Source: Candidatus Hadarchaeota archaeon (GTDB lineage: Archaea; Hadarchaeota; Hadarchaeia; Hadarchaeales; JAWBSP01). From it: a DNA stretch of 64,000 nucleotides. The position numbers and the translations under genes are program-made. This document shows positions 46,803-55,791 of this stretch, in pieces (position 1 is the stretch's first letter; the number at the start of each line of letters is the position of its first letter). Location: positions 5,513 to 69,512 of the forward strand of contig CAZWBJ010000003.1 of the NCBI GenBank assembly GCA_964632175.1, in the 5' to 3' direction. Below the pieces are notes generated by a model. That model had not been told where the DNA came from, did no database searches, and was given only the letters and a program-made list of their open reading frames with translations.

Positions 46803-47486
46803 ATGGCTAAGCCACTCCCTCCGCGCGAGGTCAGGGAGGTCAGGTACGACGCTCGGAGGTGGAGAATCCTTCGGGAGAAGAGGGAGAAGGCCACGGGACC
46901 CATGAGGATCCTGTTTTCGGCTGGAATGGAGCCTCTCCTGCACGGAAGCGTGGCAAGGGGGGATGTGGACGAGAAGAGTGATATAGATATCTTCATCCCT
47001 TTCCAAGTCCAGCCCTTCAGAGTGGAGATGGCTCTGAGGGACAAAGGATGCGAGTTCCTTAGGAGGGAAGTGGTGATCGCCACCCCCTGGCAGCTCCCCA
47101 AGGCGCACCTCTACCTAGACGAGGAGCTGAGTGTCAGCTTTCCCCTTTTGAAGCCCCTGCCCTCCGAGCTCGACTTCTATCACTTTGGGGGCGCGTTGGA
47201 TCTCAGGGGGGCGGAGGAGGGGAAGAGGGTGCCGGGCGTGGACAAGAGGCTCATGCTCATCGAGCCCACCCCCGAAGGCCATCTGGAGAGTTCCATCTTG
47301 GGTAGGGAGGGGGAGGTGGCGAAGAAGCTGGGAGTGGGGATGGAGGTTGTGAGGGAGAGGGTGCAGGTCCTGACGAGGCGGGCGGAGATCGGCCGAACGG
47401 GGCTCTACTTCAGGCGGGAGCTCGCGCCGAGCGAGAGCTTTGAGGAGCTACTTTCAGAAATAGAGAGGAGAGCTTGCCGACGGTGA
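46803..47486 (+). CDS. Nucleotidyltransferase-domain protein (Pol beta superfamily)
   Basis: NTase motif HGSVARGDVDEKSDIDIFI. The start is taken at ATG 46803 (MAKPLPP). Confidence 0.65.
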   Translation: MAKPLPPREVREVRYDARRWRILREKREKATGPMRILFSAGMEPLLHGSVARGDVDEKSDIDIFIPFQVQPFRVEMALRDKGCEFLRREVVIATPWQLPKAHLYLDEELSVSFPLLKPLPSELDFYHFGGALDLRGAEEGKRVPGVDKRLMLIEPTPEGHLESSILGREGEVAKKLGVGMEVVRERVQVLTRRAEIGRTGLYFRRELAPSESFEELLSEIERRACRR

Positions 47487-48019
47487 GGGAGTGGCTCGAG
47501 GAGGTCAGGAGGGCCCTGCTGGAGGAGGGGTTCAGCTTCACGGAGTTTCAGCACGTGAAGTCCGGCCAGTATTTTGGGCTGGTGAAGGATCTCCCCAAGG
47601 GGCTTCAGATGCACGTGAGGGGGTTCTCGGACGGAAGGCTGGAGGCGGAAATTGAAGTCTCGAGGTTCTATCTGGAGCATCCCCTTCACAAGAGACCGGC
47701 CGCGCGGGAGCTTGCCAGGATTTTGAAGAAACACGGGATTCCGTATGCGGAGGAGCCCACCCTGCGCTTCCCCCTGCCCGTCAGAAGGATGCCCAAGAGC
47801 CGCACGGACTGGAGGAGGTCCCTGCTCCACCCCACCCTCTACCGGATTCTGGCGGTCTATTCCATTTGCTTGGGGGGCCTCATCTTCTTTCTCTCTCACA
47901 CGGCTGGGGGATGGCGAACCGTAATCTTTCTTTTGGGTGGAGGGCTCCTCATCCTGATGGGGGCAGGCATACTGATAGTGGTGAAGCTGATAGAAAGGGC
48001 CCTCCGACCGCCGGCCTAG
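47474..48019 (+). CDS. Hypothetical protein with C-terminal TM helices
   Basis: 181 aa. Overlaps the NTase stop by 13 nt and the lysS 3' end by 4 nt. Confidence 0.4.
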   Translation: MPTVREWLEEVRRALLEEGFSFTEFQHVKSGQYFGLVKDLPKGLQMHVRGFSDGRLEAEIEVSRFYLEHPLHKRPAARELARILKKHGIPYAEEPTLRFPLPVRRMPKSRTDWRRSLLHPTLYRILAVYSICLGGLIFFLSHTAGGWRTVIFLLGGGLLILMGAGILIVVKLIERALRPPA

Positions 48020-49569
48020 AGTTCACCGGCGGCTTGGCGAAATCTCTCCACCACGAATTTCCTGTCAAGCGCCGCGAGCAGATTCCCAGCTTTCGGCCCC
48101 CTGCTCTTACCCAGCAGGCTGAGGTAGATGGCCTCGAAAAGCTGCGGGGGCTCCAGCGAGCATTCGCCGGCCACCTCGTAGATCAGGTTGTGGATTTCTA
48201 GAGGGGATCTCTCCTTCTCCTCGAGCCTCGCGGCAAGGACACTCAAGGCGGATTTCTGTTTTTCGCTGAGTTTTCCGGCCTCCTCCGGAAGTCTCGCCCT
48301 CACGGAAATCCTCAGTTCCTCTGGAGCGTACTTCTCCGCCCACCGACGGGCCTTCTCCAGCCTCCGAAAGGCGAGGTTCCAGTCGAGTTCGGTCGGGTTG
48401 ACGAGCAGGCGCTTCTGGGTGAGGATCTCCTTAACCCGCCCCGGATCCGTGGTGACCTGGCAGAGGACCGCGGCGAAGCGGATGGGCACGCGCTGGGGTT
48501 TTGCCGGGAAGGGCCGTACGACGGAGAGCTCGTATATCCTTGCGTCCTCATCCAAGTTCTCATAGTACCTCCGCTCGAGTTCATCGAATTCGTCGTAGAG
48601 GTTGAGGAGGTATAGGCCGGGATCGAAATCCTTGCTCTTCATTGGCTTGCTCCTGAAGATGAAGAAGCGGAGGAGCTCCGGTTCGGCCACCTCCAGCCAG
48701 TCCTGGAGGGTAAAGACCACCCCCTTGGAGGAGGACATTCTCTGTCCCGAGAGGCTGACCCACTCGTAGGGTATGGGGTGGGGGGGCTCGCCCTCGAAGA
48801 CCTCCTTCACGATGAGTTTCCCTGTTTCGTAGCTTCCGCCTGCCTCTGCGTGATCCTTCCCGAAGGGCTCGCAGGTCACCCCAAGCATCTTCCACCGGGC
48901 CGGCCATTCTACCCTCCAGGTGAGCTTCCCCTCCCCCTTGGTGTAATCCGCCTGCCCCTCGTTTCCGCAGCCCTTCACGTAGTCACACCCGACACACCTG
49001 TAAAAAACTAGGTTCCCCTGCCAGTCGAAGGCCTCGGTGGTCCCGATCCTTCCACACTTGGAGCAGAGCGGGTCGTAGGGGAGCCAATGCTCGGGGAGTG
49101 GGTTGGACCTGAACCTGTTGAGAATCTCCCTTATGAGATCCGCCTTTTCCAGAGCCCTCCTGATGAGAGGGGCCATCTGCCCGCTCGCGTAAACCTGCGA
49201 CCCGAAGTAGACCTTGATCTTTATCCCGAAAGCCTCGAGGCTCTGGAGGAAGGGCCTAGTGAAGTAATCCACGAAGTCCCTGTAGCCTGGAGAGGGGGAG
49301 GGAAGGCGGGCGTAGGGGGTGCCCAGAAATTTCTCATACTCGCGAGGCAGATAAGCTGGAACTCTTCTGAGGGGATCGAAGTCGTCGGCGTACCATATCG
49401 CTTCGGCCCTCCCGCCCCTTTCCTCCACTGCTCTCCGCACGGCGTCCGCGATGAAGACGTCGTTGGAGTGGCCTATGTGGATGTGACCGGAGATGGAGAT
49501 CCCGCTGGCGATCACGTGCTCCGACCCTCGCTTGAGGAGAGCTTCCGCAACTTGGTCTATCCAGTGCAT
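48016..49569 (-). CDS. lysS: Lysine--tRNA ligase, class I
   Basis: HIGH motif (HIHIGH) and the class I LysRS architecture. 517 aa. Confidence 0.9.
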   Translation of the reverse strand: MHWIDQVAEALLKRGSEHVIASGISISGHIHIGHSNDVFIADAVRRAVEERGGRAEAIWYADDFDPLRRVPAYLPREYEKFLGTPYARLPSPSPGYRDFVDYFTRPFLQSLEAFGIKIKVYFGSQVYASGQMAPLIRRALEKADLIREILNRFRSNPLPEHWLPYDPLCSKCGRIGTTEAFDWQGNLVFYRCVGCDYVKGCGNEGQADYTKGEGKLTWRVEWPARWKMLGVTCEPFGKDHAEAGGSYETGKLIVKEVFEGEPPHPIPYEWVSLSGQRMSSSKGVVFTLQDWLEVAEPELLRFFIFRSKPMKSKDFDPGLYLLNLYDEFDELERRYYENLDEDARIYELSVVRPFPAKPQRVPIRFAAVLCQVTTDPGRVKEILTQKRLLVNPTELDWNLAFRRLEKARRWAEKYAPEELRISVRARLPEEAGKLSEKQKSALSVLAARLEEKERSPLEIHNLIYEVAGECSLEPPQLFEAIYLSLLGKSRGPKAGNLLAALDRKFVVERFRQAAGEL

Positions 49570-49642
49570 CTAAACTTGCGCGAGCGGTATTACAGCAATT
49601 CTTCTTTTGGTTGTCTCAAGTTCAGCAAGCTATATCGATAAG

Positions 49643-50209
49643 TCATAAGGCGGCTTTTATGCCACTCATAATCAGATCAACCGCTATGGTCACCAGTAGC
49701 AGCCCCATCACCCGGGATACGATTTCTATCCCTTCCCTCCCCAGCACCCGGTGAAAGTAGGAGGAAAGCCGCAGTACGAGCCAGCTGGAGAGAAGAACGA
49801 TAAGGCCTCCTAGGAGGGTGGGGACGTGCCCGTAGTTGTTCACGAAAATCATCGTGGAGACGATGACTCCCGGGCCCGTGAGCATGGGGGTGCCCACGAG
49901 GGCTAGGGCTGAGGATCTGCTCTTGGGCTTCCAGAGTTCCCTCCCAAGGACGATCTCCACTCCCAGCGCACCGAGTATCAGCCCTCCTCCTATCCGCAGG
50001 GAGGTGAGTTCTATCCCCAGTAGACGGAACAGCAGGTCCCCCAGGAAAAGGAAAAAGAGAAAGACGCCCCCAGCCACCCCCGTCGCATGTGCCGCCGCTC
50101 GGCCAACCTTTTTCGTTCCTTGGGTGGCTAGGAGGAAAAGGGGGATGCTACCAAACGGATCCATGATCACGAAGAGGGCAATGAAGATTCTCCCGATTTC
50201 CTCTAGCAT
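49643..50209 (-). CDS. MarC family (UPF0056) integral membrane protein
   Basis: 188 aa with 6 TM helices; conserved N-terminus FIALFVIMDPFGSIP. Confidence 0.8.
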   Translation of the reverse strand: MLEEIGRIFIALFVIMDPFGSIPLFLLATQGTKKVGRAAAHATGVAGGVFLFFLFLGDLLFRLLGIELTSLRIGGGLILGALGVEIVLGRELWKPKSRSSALALVGTPMLTGPGVIVSTMIFVNNYGHVPTLLGGLIVLLSSWLVLRLSSYFHRVLGREGIEIVSRVMGLLLVTIAVDLIMSGIKAAL

Positions 50210-50319
50210 CCTTACTGATTTCTTTCTTTATAACGCATGGGAAGCCTGTCACTCATGCCGGTCACCAATCCGTGATAAGGCAGGGTGTCGTTGTACAAAA
50301 CTTCAAAACCACGTTGGGC

Positions 50320-51336
50320 CTAACGTGGCATTGTACCCACGAGGGGGATCTTCCTCCCGCACTCGGGGCACCTCCCGTCCTTGATGTTGAACTCCAGGAT
50401 GGTGTAGCCGTACCTGCTTATGAGCATCTCCCCGCAGCCCGGGCAGTAGGTGTTGTCGTACATGTGCCCTGGAACGTTCCCCAAGTATACGTAGGAGAGG
50501 CCCTCTTCCCTCGCAATCTTGTAGGCCCTTTCCAGAGTCTCGACGGGTGTGGGGGGTTTCTCGAGCATCCGGTAGTGTGGGTAGAAGCGGCTGAAGTGAA
50601 CTGGAACCTCCGGGCTCAGCCTCTCCGAGACCCAGCGGCAGAACTCCCGGATTTCCTCCGGTCTGTCGTTTTCCTTGGGGATGACAAGGTAGGTGACCTC
50701 CAGGTGAATCCCGCGCCCGTGCATCCACTCGCAGGCCTCCAGAACCGGCTGCAGGCGAGCCCCGCAGATCCTCCTGTAGAAGTCCTCCGAGAAGGCCTTC
50801 ACGTCCACGTTGGCCGCATCCAGCCAGGGTCCGAGCTCTTGAAGGGCATAGGGCGAGATGAAACCGTTGGTCACGTACACGTTGTAAAGGTTCTCGGTCC
50901 TGGCCAGCCTCCCTACATCGATGGCGTACTCCGTCCAGATGGTGGGCTCCGTGTAGGTGTGGGCGATGCCGGAGCAGTTGTACTCCTTGGTCAGCCGTAT
51001 CAGCTCCTCCGGGGGAAGGTCTTCGGTCCCCACCTGCCCCATCCTCGCCTGGGAGATCTCCCAGTTCTGGCAGTGCAGACAGGTGAAGGTGCAGCCGGGT
51101 GCCGCGATGGAGAAGACCGAGCTCCCCGGCCAAAAGTGATAGAGGGGCTTTTTCTCGATGGGGTCGGCCGCCATGGAGACCACGGAGCCGTAGACTAGGG
51201 TATAAAGGGTGCCCCCTTCGTTCTCCCTAGCCCCGCAAAACCCCCTTTTGCCCGGCGCAATCCTGCAGTTCCTGGGGCAGAGCAGGCACTGGACGTCTCC
51301 ATCCAGTTTTTTCCAGAACCTTGCGGGTCCCCTCAC
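50320..51336 (-). CDS. Radical SAM protein, AmmeMemoRadiSam-system / PflA-like activase type
   Basis: N-terminal CLLCPRNCRIAPGKRGFCGAR and the CxxxCxxC radical SAM motif (CTFTCLHCQNW). Confidence 0.8.
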   Translation of the reverse strand: MRGPARFWKKLDGDVQCLLCPRNCRIAPGKRGFCGARENEGGTLYTLVYGSVVSMAADPIEKKPLYHFWPGSSVFSIAAPGCTFTCLHCQNWEISQARMGQVGTEDLPPEELIRLTKEYNCSGIAHTYTEPTIWTEYAIDVGRLARTENLYNVYVTNGFISPYALQELGPWLDAANVDVKAFSEDFYRRICGARLQPVLEACEWMHGRGIHLEVTYLVIPKENDRPEEIREFCRWVSERLSPEVPVHFSRFYPHYRMLEKPPTPVETLERAYKIAREEGLSYVYLGNVPGHMYDNTYCPGCGEMLISRYGYTILEFNIKDGRCPECGRKIPLVGTMPR

Positions 51337-51380
51337 AAGTTTTTCTCCGGGGAAGGATTAACCTCTGGCTGGGAGAGGGA

Positions 51381-51393
51381 GTTCATATATACT
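51381..51393. promoter_or_regulatory. Putative bidirectional TATA element (TTCATATATACTA)
   Basis: Near-palindromic AT box 14-26 nt upstream of GTG 51407 (plus strand) and about 45 nt upstream of the radical SAM start at 51336 (minus strand). Confidence 0.3.
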
Positions 51394-51406
51394 AGGGCAG
51401 GGGAGA

Positions 51407-51667
51407 GTGCAGAGGGTGGTGGAAATCCCAGAGAAGATCGGGAGGGAGAGGATCGAGGAGCTGGCTAGGAGGATCCAAGAGAGGGAGTTCCTGCTGGGCG
51501 ACGGCTCGATTGAGTCCGCACAGCTTTGGTTAATCCCTCTTCAATTCCCCCGTTCCTATCTTCGCTCCCAGGAGATCTGCATGAACGATCTCTCTGCCCA
51601 GCCCTGGGGGGTCGGCCAGAGTCTAGCACATGGAGAGATGTCGGGGGGATCCGTGCGGGAAGCCTAG
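51407..51667 (+). CDS. Hypothetical small protein
   Basis: 86 aa with a GTG start immediately downstream of the TATA-like box. The N-terminal helical segment IPEKIGRERIEELARRIQEREF looks protein-like; the C-terminus is low complexity. Confidence 0.25.
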   Translation: MQRVVEIPEKIGRERIEELARRIQEREFLLGDGSIESAQLWLIPLQFPRSYLRSQEICMNDLSAQPWGVGQSLAHGEMSGGSVREA

Positions 51668-51747
51668 CGATATCACGCTTCCTCCATCATTCTGCGAGGA
51701 TTCGAGAACTGGAGGTTGGTGCGAAAGATTCTGGTTCCCAGTAGAGG

Positions 51748-51894
51748 TTACCATCGGAATTCGTGTCCGCACTTCGGACATTTTATACTTGGGCAGGAGA
51801 GGATGGACTCTGGGCAACCTTTACATGCAGTGACCCTGGCGTAGGACCGGCTGAACCTATAGCCGCATCTCGGGCAGGTTATCACGTCGGTCAT
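51748..51894 (-). CDS. Small zinc-ribbon protein (48 aa)
   Basis: MTDVITCPRCGYRFSRSYARVTACKGCPESILSCPSIKCPKCGHEFRW, with three CxxC pairs. It falls below the ORF-track cutoff. Confidence 0.45.
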   Translation of the reverse strand: MTDVITCPRCGYRFSRSYARVTACKGCPESILSCPSIKCPKCGHEFRW

Positions 51895-51993
51895 GGCTCA
51901 AGGTTTGGGTACGTTTTGGGGATCCCGGGACGGTTCTTTCCCGACCGGGCGAGTTTGGGCTCGGCCATCTGCGCATCAGAGGTTGATACCCGG

Positions 51994-52001
51994 TTAATTT
52001 A
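51994..52001 (+). promoter_or_regulatory. Putative TATA box (TTAATTTA) for the CPBP protease gene
   Basis: Sits 15-22 nt upstream of ATG 52016. Confidence 0.3.
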
Positions 52002-52015
52002 GCCGAGAATTTCTG

Positions 52016-52996
52016 ATGAGAGTGCTCTCCGTTCTTCTGGTCTGGCTCGCCTTTCTCCTCTCTTGCGGATTGGCGGTTCCATCTGAGAATCCCTTGGTGA
52101 GAATCCCCACGGAGATCCTCGCGTACTCCCTCCCCCTCCTCCTCATCTGGTTTCTGGTCCGGGGGCGCGGGTTCTGGAGATCGATAAGGGTGGAAAGGAA
52201 AAACCTAGGCAGGTCTCTGTACCTCTCCCTCGCCCTGCTGGTGGTCTTCTTCCTGATCATTCAGGCTGCGAGTGTCGCGACCCTCCACTTCATGGGCAAG
52301 TCGGAGGAGGAGGCCAAGCGGGAGATGGAGAATTACATGGAGAACCAGACTCCCAGTTGGTACCCTAGGTATCTGCTCTTAGGCTCCTTCTTCCCGGTTG
52401 CCTTTTGCGAAGAGGCGGTTTTCAGGGGATACGTGTTGGGGACGCTGGCGCCGTTTGGGCTGGCCACCTCCGTTCTGGCTTCCTCCTTCCTTCACCTCTC
52501 CCTTCACATCTGGTATCTGAAAGTGGGGGGAATAGCCCCGCTCCTCTTCGTTCAGGCCCTCCTGCTGTTCGTCTGGTTTGGGCTGGTGAGCTATTGGAGT
52601 GGGAACATCGTGGGAACCATCCTCATGCATGGACTCGTGAACTTTCTCTCCGTCTTGAGGGGCTTCAGCGAGGCAGCGGCGGGCGCGATCCAGGTGGCTC
52701 TCATATGCCTAGGTGCCATCTGCCTTTTCGATCTCCTCCTCTCCTACATGAGGGTGAGGTTCAAGCGAAGAGTGTACAGGGAGATGCAGAGCCAGCTGGA
52801 GCTGAATCTCGGCAGACTGAGGCGGATGAGGGAGGGGCTGAAAAAGATGCTGGCGGAGATCAAGAAAAGGTACAGGCGTGGGGAGATGGGGAGAGAGGAT
52901 TTCCTGCGGCTGGAGGCGGTTTACAAGAGGAGAATAGAGGAGGTGGAGAGGGTTCTCAATCTCCAAAGAGGGCCGACAAAATCAGCTCGGGCCTGA
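52016..52996 (+). CDS. CPBP family intramembrane metalloprotease (CAAX protease/Abi) with C-terminal SHOCT-like helical tail
   Basis: EEAVFRGY motif, conserved His residues in TM helices, and a C-terminal KKRYRRGEMGREDFLRLEAVYKRRIEE. Confidence 0.75.
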   Translation: MRVLSVLLVWLAFLLSCGLAVPSENPLVRIPTEILAYSLPLLLIWFLVRGRGFWRSIRVERKNLGRSLYLSLALLVVFFLIIQAASVATLHFMGKSEEEAKREMENYMENQTPSWYPRYLLLGSFFPVAFCEEAVFRGYVLGTLAPFGLATSVLASSFLHLSLHIWYLKVGGIAPLLFVQALLLFVWFGLVSYWSGNIVGTILMHGLVNFLSVLRGFSEAAAGAIQVALICLGAICLFDLLLSYMRVRFKRRVYREMQSQLELNLGRLRRMREGLKKMLAEIKKRYRRGEMGREDFLRLEAVYKRRIEEVERVLNLQRGPTKSARA

Positions 52997-54005
52997 ACTC
53001 CACCAGATCCTCGTAACCCTGACCCGTTCCCAGCATGAGGATGGGCTTGCCGGTCACTTGGGAGATGGAGAGGGCCGCACCCCCCCTCGCATCGGCATCC
53101 ATCTTGCACAGGATGGTCCCGTCTATGCCCACCGCCCTGTCGAAGGCGAGGGCCTGCTCGACGGCATCGTTTCCGGTGAGGGCGTCCCCCACGAAGATCT
53201 TCAGGTCGGGTTTGGCCACCCTCACGATTTTCTTCATCTCCTCCATCAGGTCCACATCCGTCTGCATCCTGCCCGCTGTGTCTATCAGGACTACATCAAA
53301 ACCCCTGGCCCTGGCGTGGGCTATGGCATCGTAGGCCACGGCCGCCGCATCCGCACCCCTGCGCTGCTTCACCACTGGAACTCCAATCTTGGCGGCGTGC
53401 ATCTCCAGCTGCTCTATTCCCGCCGCTCTGAAGGTGTCGGCCGCGGCGAGCAGGGGCCTGTATCCCTTGCTCGCGAGATATCTGGCCACCTTGGCGATGG
53501 CAGTGGTCTTGCCCACCCCGTTTATCCCAAAAAACACTATCACCGCCGGTTCCCCTTCCCTCTTCTTCCTCTCGATGCACTCGAGAAGATCCACCCGGCA
53601 TGGAGGCGTGAGGACTCTTTCGATTGAGCTCTTGAGCACTTTCTCGGCGAGTTCCCTCGTGTCCTCCCTGAGCCCTATCTCCCTGCCCACCAGCTCGGAT
53701 TTCACATTTTCAATGATCTTCTGGGCGACCGGTAGGGCCGTATCGCTCTCGAGCAACGCCACGTGTAGGTCCCAGAGGATGTCGTCCAGGTCCGACTCCG
53801 AGAGCTCCCGGCGGGTGACTTTCTTAATCGCCCTCTTTACCTTCGTCAGCCGCGGGTGTTCTGGGGGGCCTACGGCTTTTGCCGGGGTGGGCGGTGGTAG
53901 TTCAACCTTGGAAGGAGCGGGCTCGGCTTCCTCCTTTTTCTTTTGTATCCTCCCCGTGAGTTTCTGCTTGACGGCCTTCAGCTTCTGCTTCAGCTTTTCG
54001 AACAT
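52956..54005 (-). CDS. ftsY: Signal recognition particle receptor FtsY
   Basis: NG domain (GINGVGKTTAIAK, DTAGR) with an N-terminal basic A-region. Confidence 0.9.
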   Translation of the reverse strand: MFEKLKQKLKAVKQKLTGRIQKKKEEAEPAPSKVELPPPTPAKAVGPPEHPRLTKVKRAIKKVTRRELSESDLDDILWDLHVALLESDTALPVAQKIIENVKSELVGREIGLREDTRELAEKVLKSSIERVLTPPCRVDLLECIERKKREGEPAVIVFFGINGVGKTTAIAKVARYLASKGYRPLLAAADTFRAAGIEQLEMHAAKIGVPVVKQRRGADAAAVAYDAIAHARARGFDVVLIDTAGRMQTDVDLMEEMKKIVRVAKPDLKIFVGDALTGNDAVEQALAFDRAVGIDGTILCKMDADARGGAALSISQVTGKPILMLGTGQGYEDLVEFRPELILSALFGD

Positions 54006-54439
54006 CAGCTTCTGGCTTTTTCCAGAAGCGTCTCCACCTCCGGCCGCAACCGTTGTGCCTCGAGACTTGCCTTTTCCAGTTCCTCCCTTGTTTTCTGAAC
54101 AGCCTCCTGAAGCTCCTTAATTTTCCCCTCTAGAAGTTGGGTGGCCTCGCTCAGCGTTTTCTCCACCATCACGCCGGCTCCAAGTCCCAAGAGGACCCTG
54201 TCGTTGGTTTTCAGCTTTGCGTAAATGTAGCAACCGGCTCCCACCGAGACCAGACCCTCCTTCTCATTGGGCTCATTCTGGAGACTCTTGAGGGTTTCCA
54301 CGGCCACCGAGTATTCCGACAGTGATCTCGTCAGCACCGAGAGTTGTTGCCTGAGAGCCTCCGCTCGAAGCTCCTGAGCGTTTAGCTCGGAGGCCAGCTT
54401 TTCTAGCCTCTCACTCTCCTCCTTCGTCAACCCCGGCAT
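54005..54439 (-). CDS. pfdA: Prefoldin alpha subunit
   Basis: 144 aa coiled-coil/beta-hairpin architecture. Its stop overlaps the ftsY start (ATGA), matching the conserved archaeal pfdA-ftsY pair. Confidence 0.85.
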   Translation of the reverse strand: MPGLTKEESERLEKLASELNAQELRAEALRQQLSVLTRSLSEYSVAVETLKSLQNEPNEKEGLVSVGAGCYIYAKLKTNDRVLLGLGAGVMVEKTLSEATQLLEGKIKELQEAVQKTREELEKASLEAQRLRPEVETLLEKARS

Positions 54440-54483
54440 CTCATTCTGCGAGCGACATGTTTAAAGGAGGGGCTTAAGTAAAG

Positions 54484-55791
54484 ATGCAGGAGCTCAGGCT
54501 GCTGGACGAGAGGAGGAGGAGGGAGCTGGAGAGGATAAGGGAGTACCTGAAAAACGGCCAGTTTGACTTGGAGCGGTGGGAGGAGCTCAGGAGGATGGTG
54601 TACAAACCCGTCCCCCTTCGCATCGACGTGGTGGTGGACGACTGCACGCTGAGGGAGGGGCTGCAGATGGCGGGTCTGGTCATCCCCAAACCCGAGGACT
54701 CCTGCAAGATCGCCTGCATGCTCAGGGACATAGGGGTGGAGAGGCTGGAAGTGATGACCTACACCAAGGCGGACCAGCAGGCCATCAATCTCATGAGGGA
54801 CAACGGGCTCGGTGATATGCTGGCGGCTTGGTGCAGGGCGGCGAGGGAGGACATCGACCTCGCGCTCAAGCTGGATTTCAAACAGGTGGGCATCTCCCAT
54901 CCAGTCTCCTTCATACACTTTGAGAAGTGGATGGACAGGCCACTGGAAGAACTTGTGAGCAGGGTGGTGGATGCCGTCAGTTACGCCGTCCAGCACGGAC
55001 TCAAGGTCTTCGTTCACGGAGAGGACAGCACGAGGGCGGAGTGGGAGTTTGAGCGTATATTTATAAATGCTGTGGCCGAGGCGGGGGCAAGCGTATATAG
55101 AATTTGCGACACGGTCGGGGTGGGGCTGTCAGATCCCTCAGCCACCCTTCCGAATGGGATCCCCGCCAAAATCATGCACATCAAAAGGGAAACCAAGATT
55201 CCTTACGTGGAGATTCACGCGCACGATGACCTCGGGAACGCGGTAGAGAACACCATGAGCACCATCAGGGCGGCGGCCGGGCTTTACGACAAGGTGTACG
55301 TGAGCACCACCTTCCTAGGGCTTGGCGACAGGGCGGGGAATGCCGAGACCGAGAAGGTCATCATGAACTGCTACTTCCACCACGACATACGCAAGTGGAA
55401 CCTGAAGCCCCTCAGGCAGCTGGCCCTCTTCGTGGCCTCCGCTCTCAAGTACCACCTCCCCCTGAATAAGGCCCTAGTGGGGGACGGTGCCTTCGCGCAC
55501 GAGTCGGGCATCCACGTTCATGGAATAAAGTCCCTTCCCCTCACCTATGAAATCTTCCCGCCGGAGCTCGTGGGGCAGGAGAGGATCATCGTGGTGGGAC
55601 CGAGGTCCGGTAAGCACGGAATCCATCTGAAGCTGGAGCAACTGATGAACAGGCGGGTGGATGAGGGCGACCCGCGCCTAGCTCAGCTCGTGGAGCTCGT
55701 GAAGAACAGGTACGTGGAGGGGGGTAGGAGGACCCCCATCAGGGACGAGGAGTTCAAGGAGCTGGCTAGGAAGGTGGGTTTTGAGCTCTGA
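54484..55791 (+). CDS. 2-isopropylmalate / homocitrate / citramalate synthase family enzyme (DRE-TIM metallolyase), divergent
   Basis: HAHDDLGNA, GLGDRAGNAETEKV and AFAHESGIHVHG motifs. Atypical N-terminus: a roughly 45-aa extension and DDCTLREGLQ in place of DTTLRDGEQ. There is no LeuA-type C-terminal regulatory domain. Confidence 0.7.
   Translation: MQELRLLDERRRRELERIREYLKNGQFDLERWEELRRMVYKPVPLRIDVVVDDCTLREGLQMAGLVIPKPEDSCKIACMLRDIGVERLEVMTYTKADQQAINLMRDNGLGDMLAAWCRAAREDIDLALKLDFKQVGISHPVSFIHFEKWMDRPLEELVSRVVDAVSYAVQHGLKVFVHGEDSTRAEWEFERIFINAVAEAGASVYRICDTVGVGLSDPSATLPNGIPAKIMHIKRETKIPYVEIHAHDDLGNAVENTMSTIRAAAGLYDKVYVSTTFLGLGDRAGNAETEKVIMNCYFHHDIRKWNLKPLRQLALFVASALKYHLPLNKALVGDGAFAHESGIHVHGIKSLPLTYEIFPPELVGQERIIVVGPRSGKHGIHLKLEQLMNRRVDEGDPRLAQLVELVKNRYVEGGRRTPIRDEEFKELARKVGFEL

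Noticed and set aside
50272-51198. 308-aa plus-strand ORF, and the 276-aa ORF at 50303-51133, overlapping the radical SAM gene
   Set aside because: The radical SAM reading frame carries the diagnostic Cys motifs. The alternatives are G/P/A-rich artefacts.
52013-52019. CTGATGA, a C-box-like motif of C/D sRNAs, at the CPBP start, with a similar motif at 27418-27423
   Set aside because: No matching D box (CUGA) or terminal stem is found at snoRNA-like spacing, and the motif is simply formed by the stop/start codon context.
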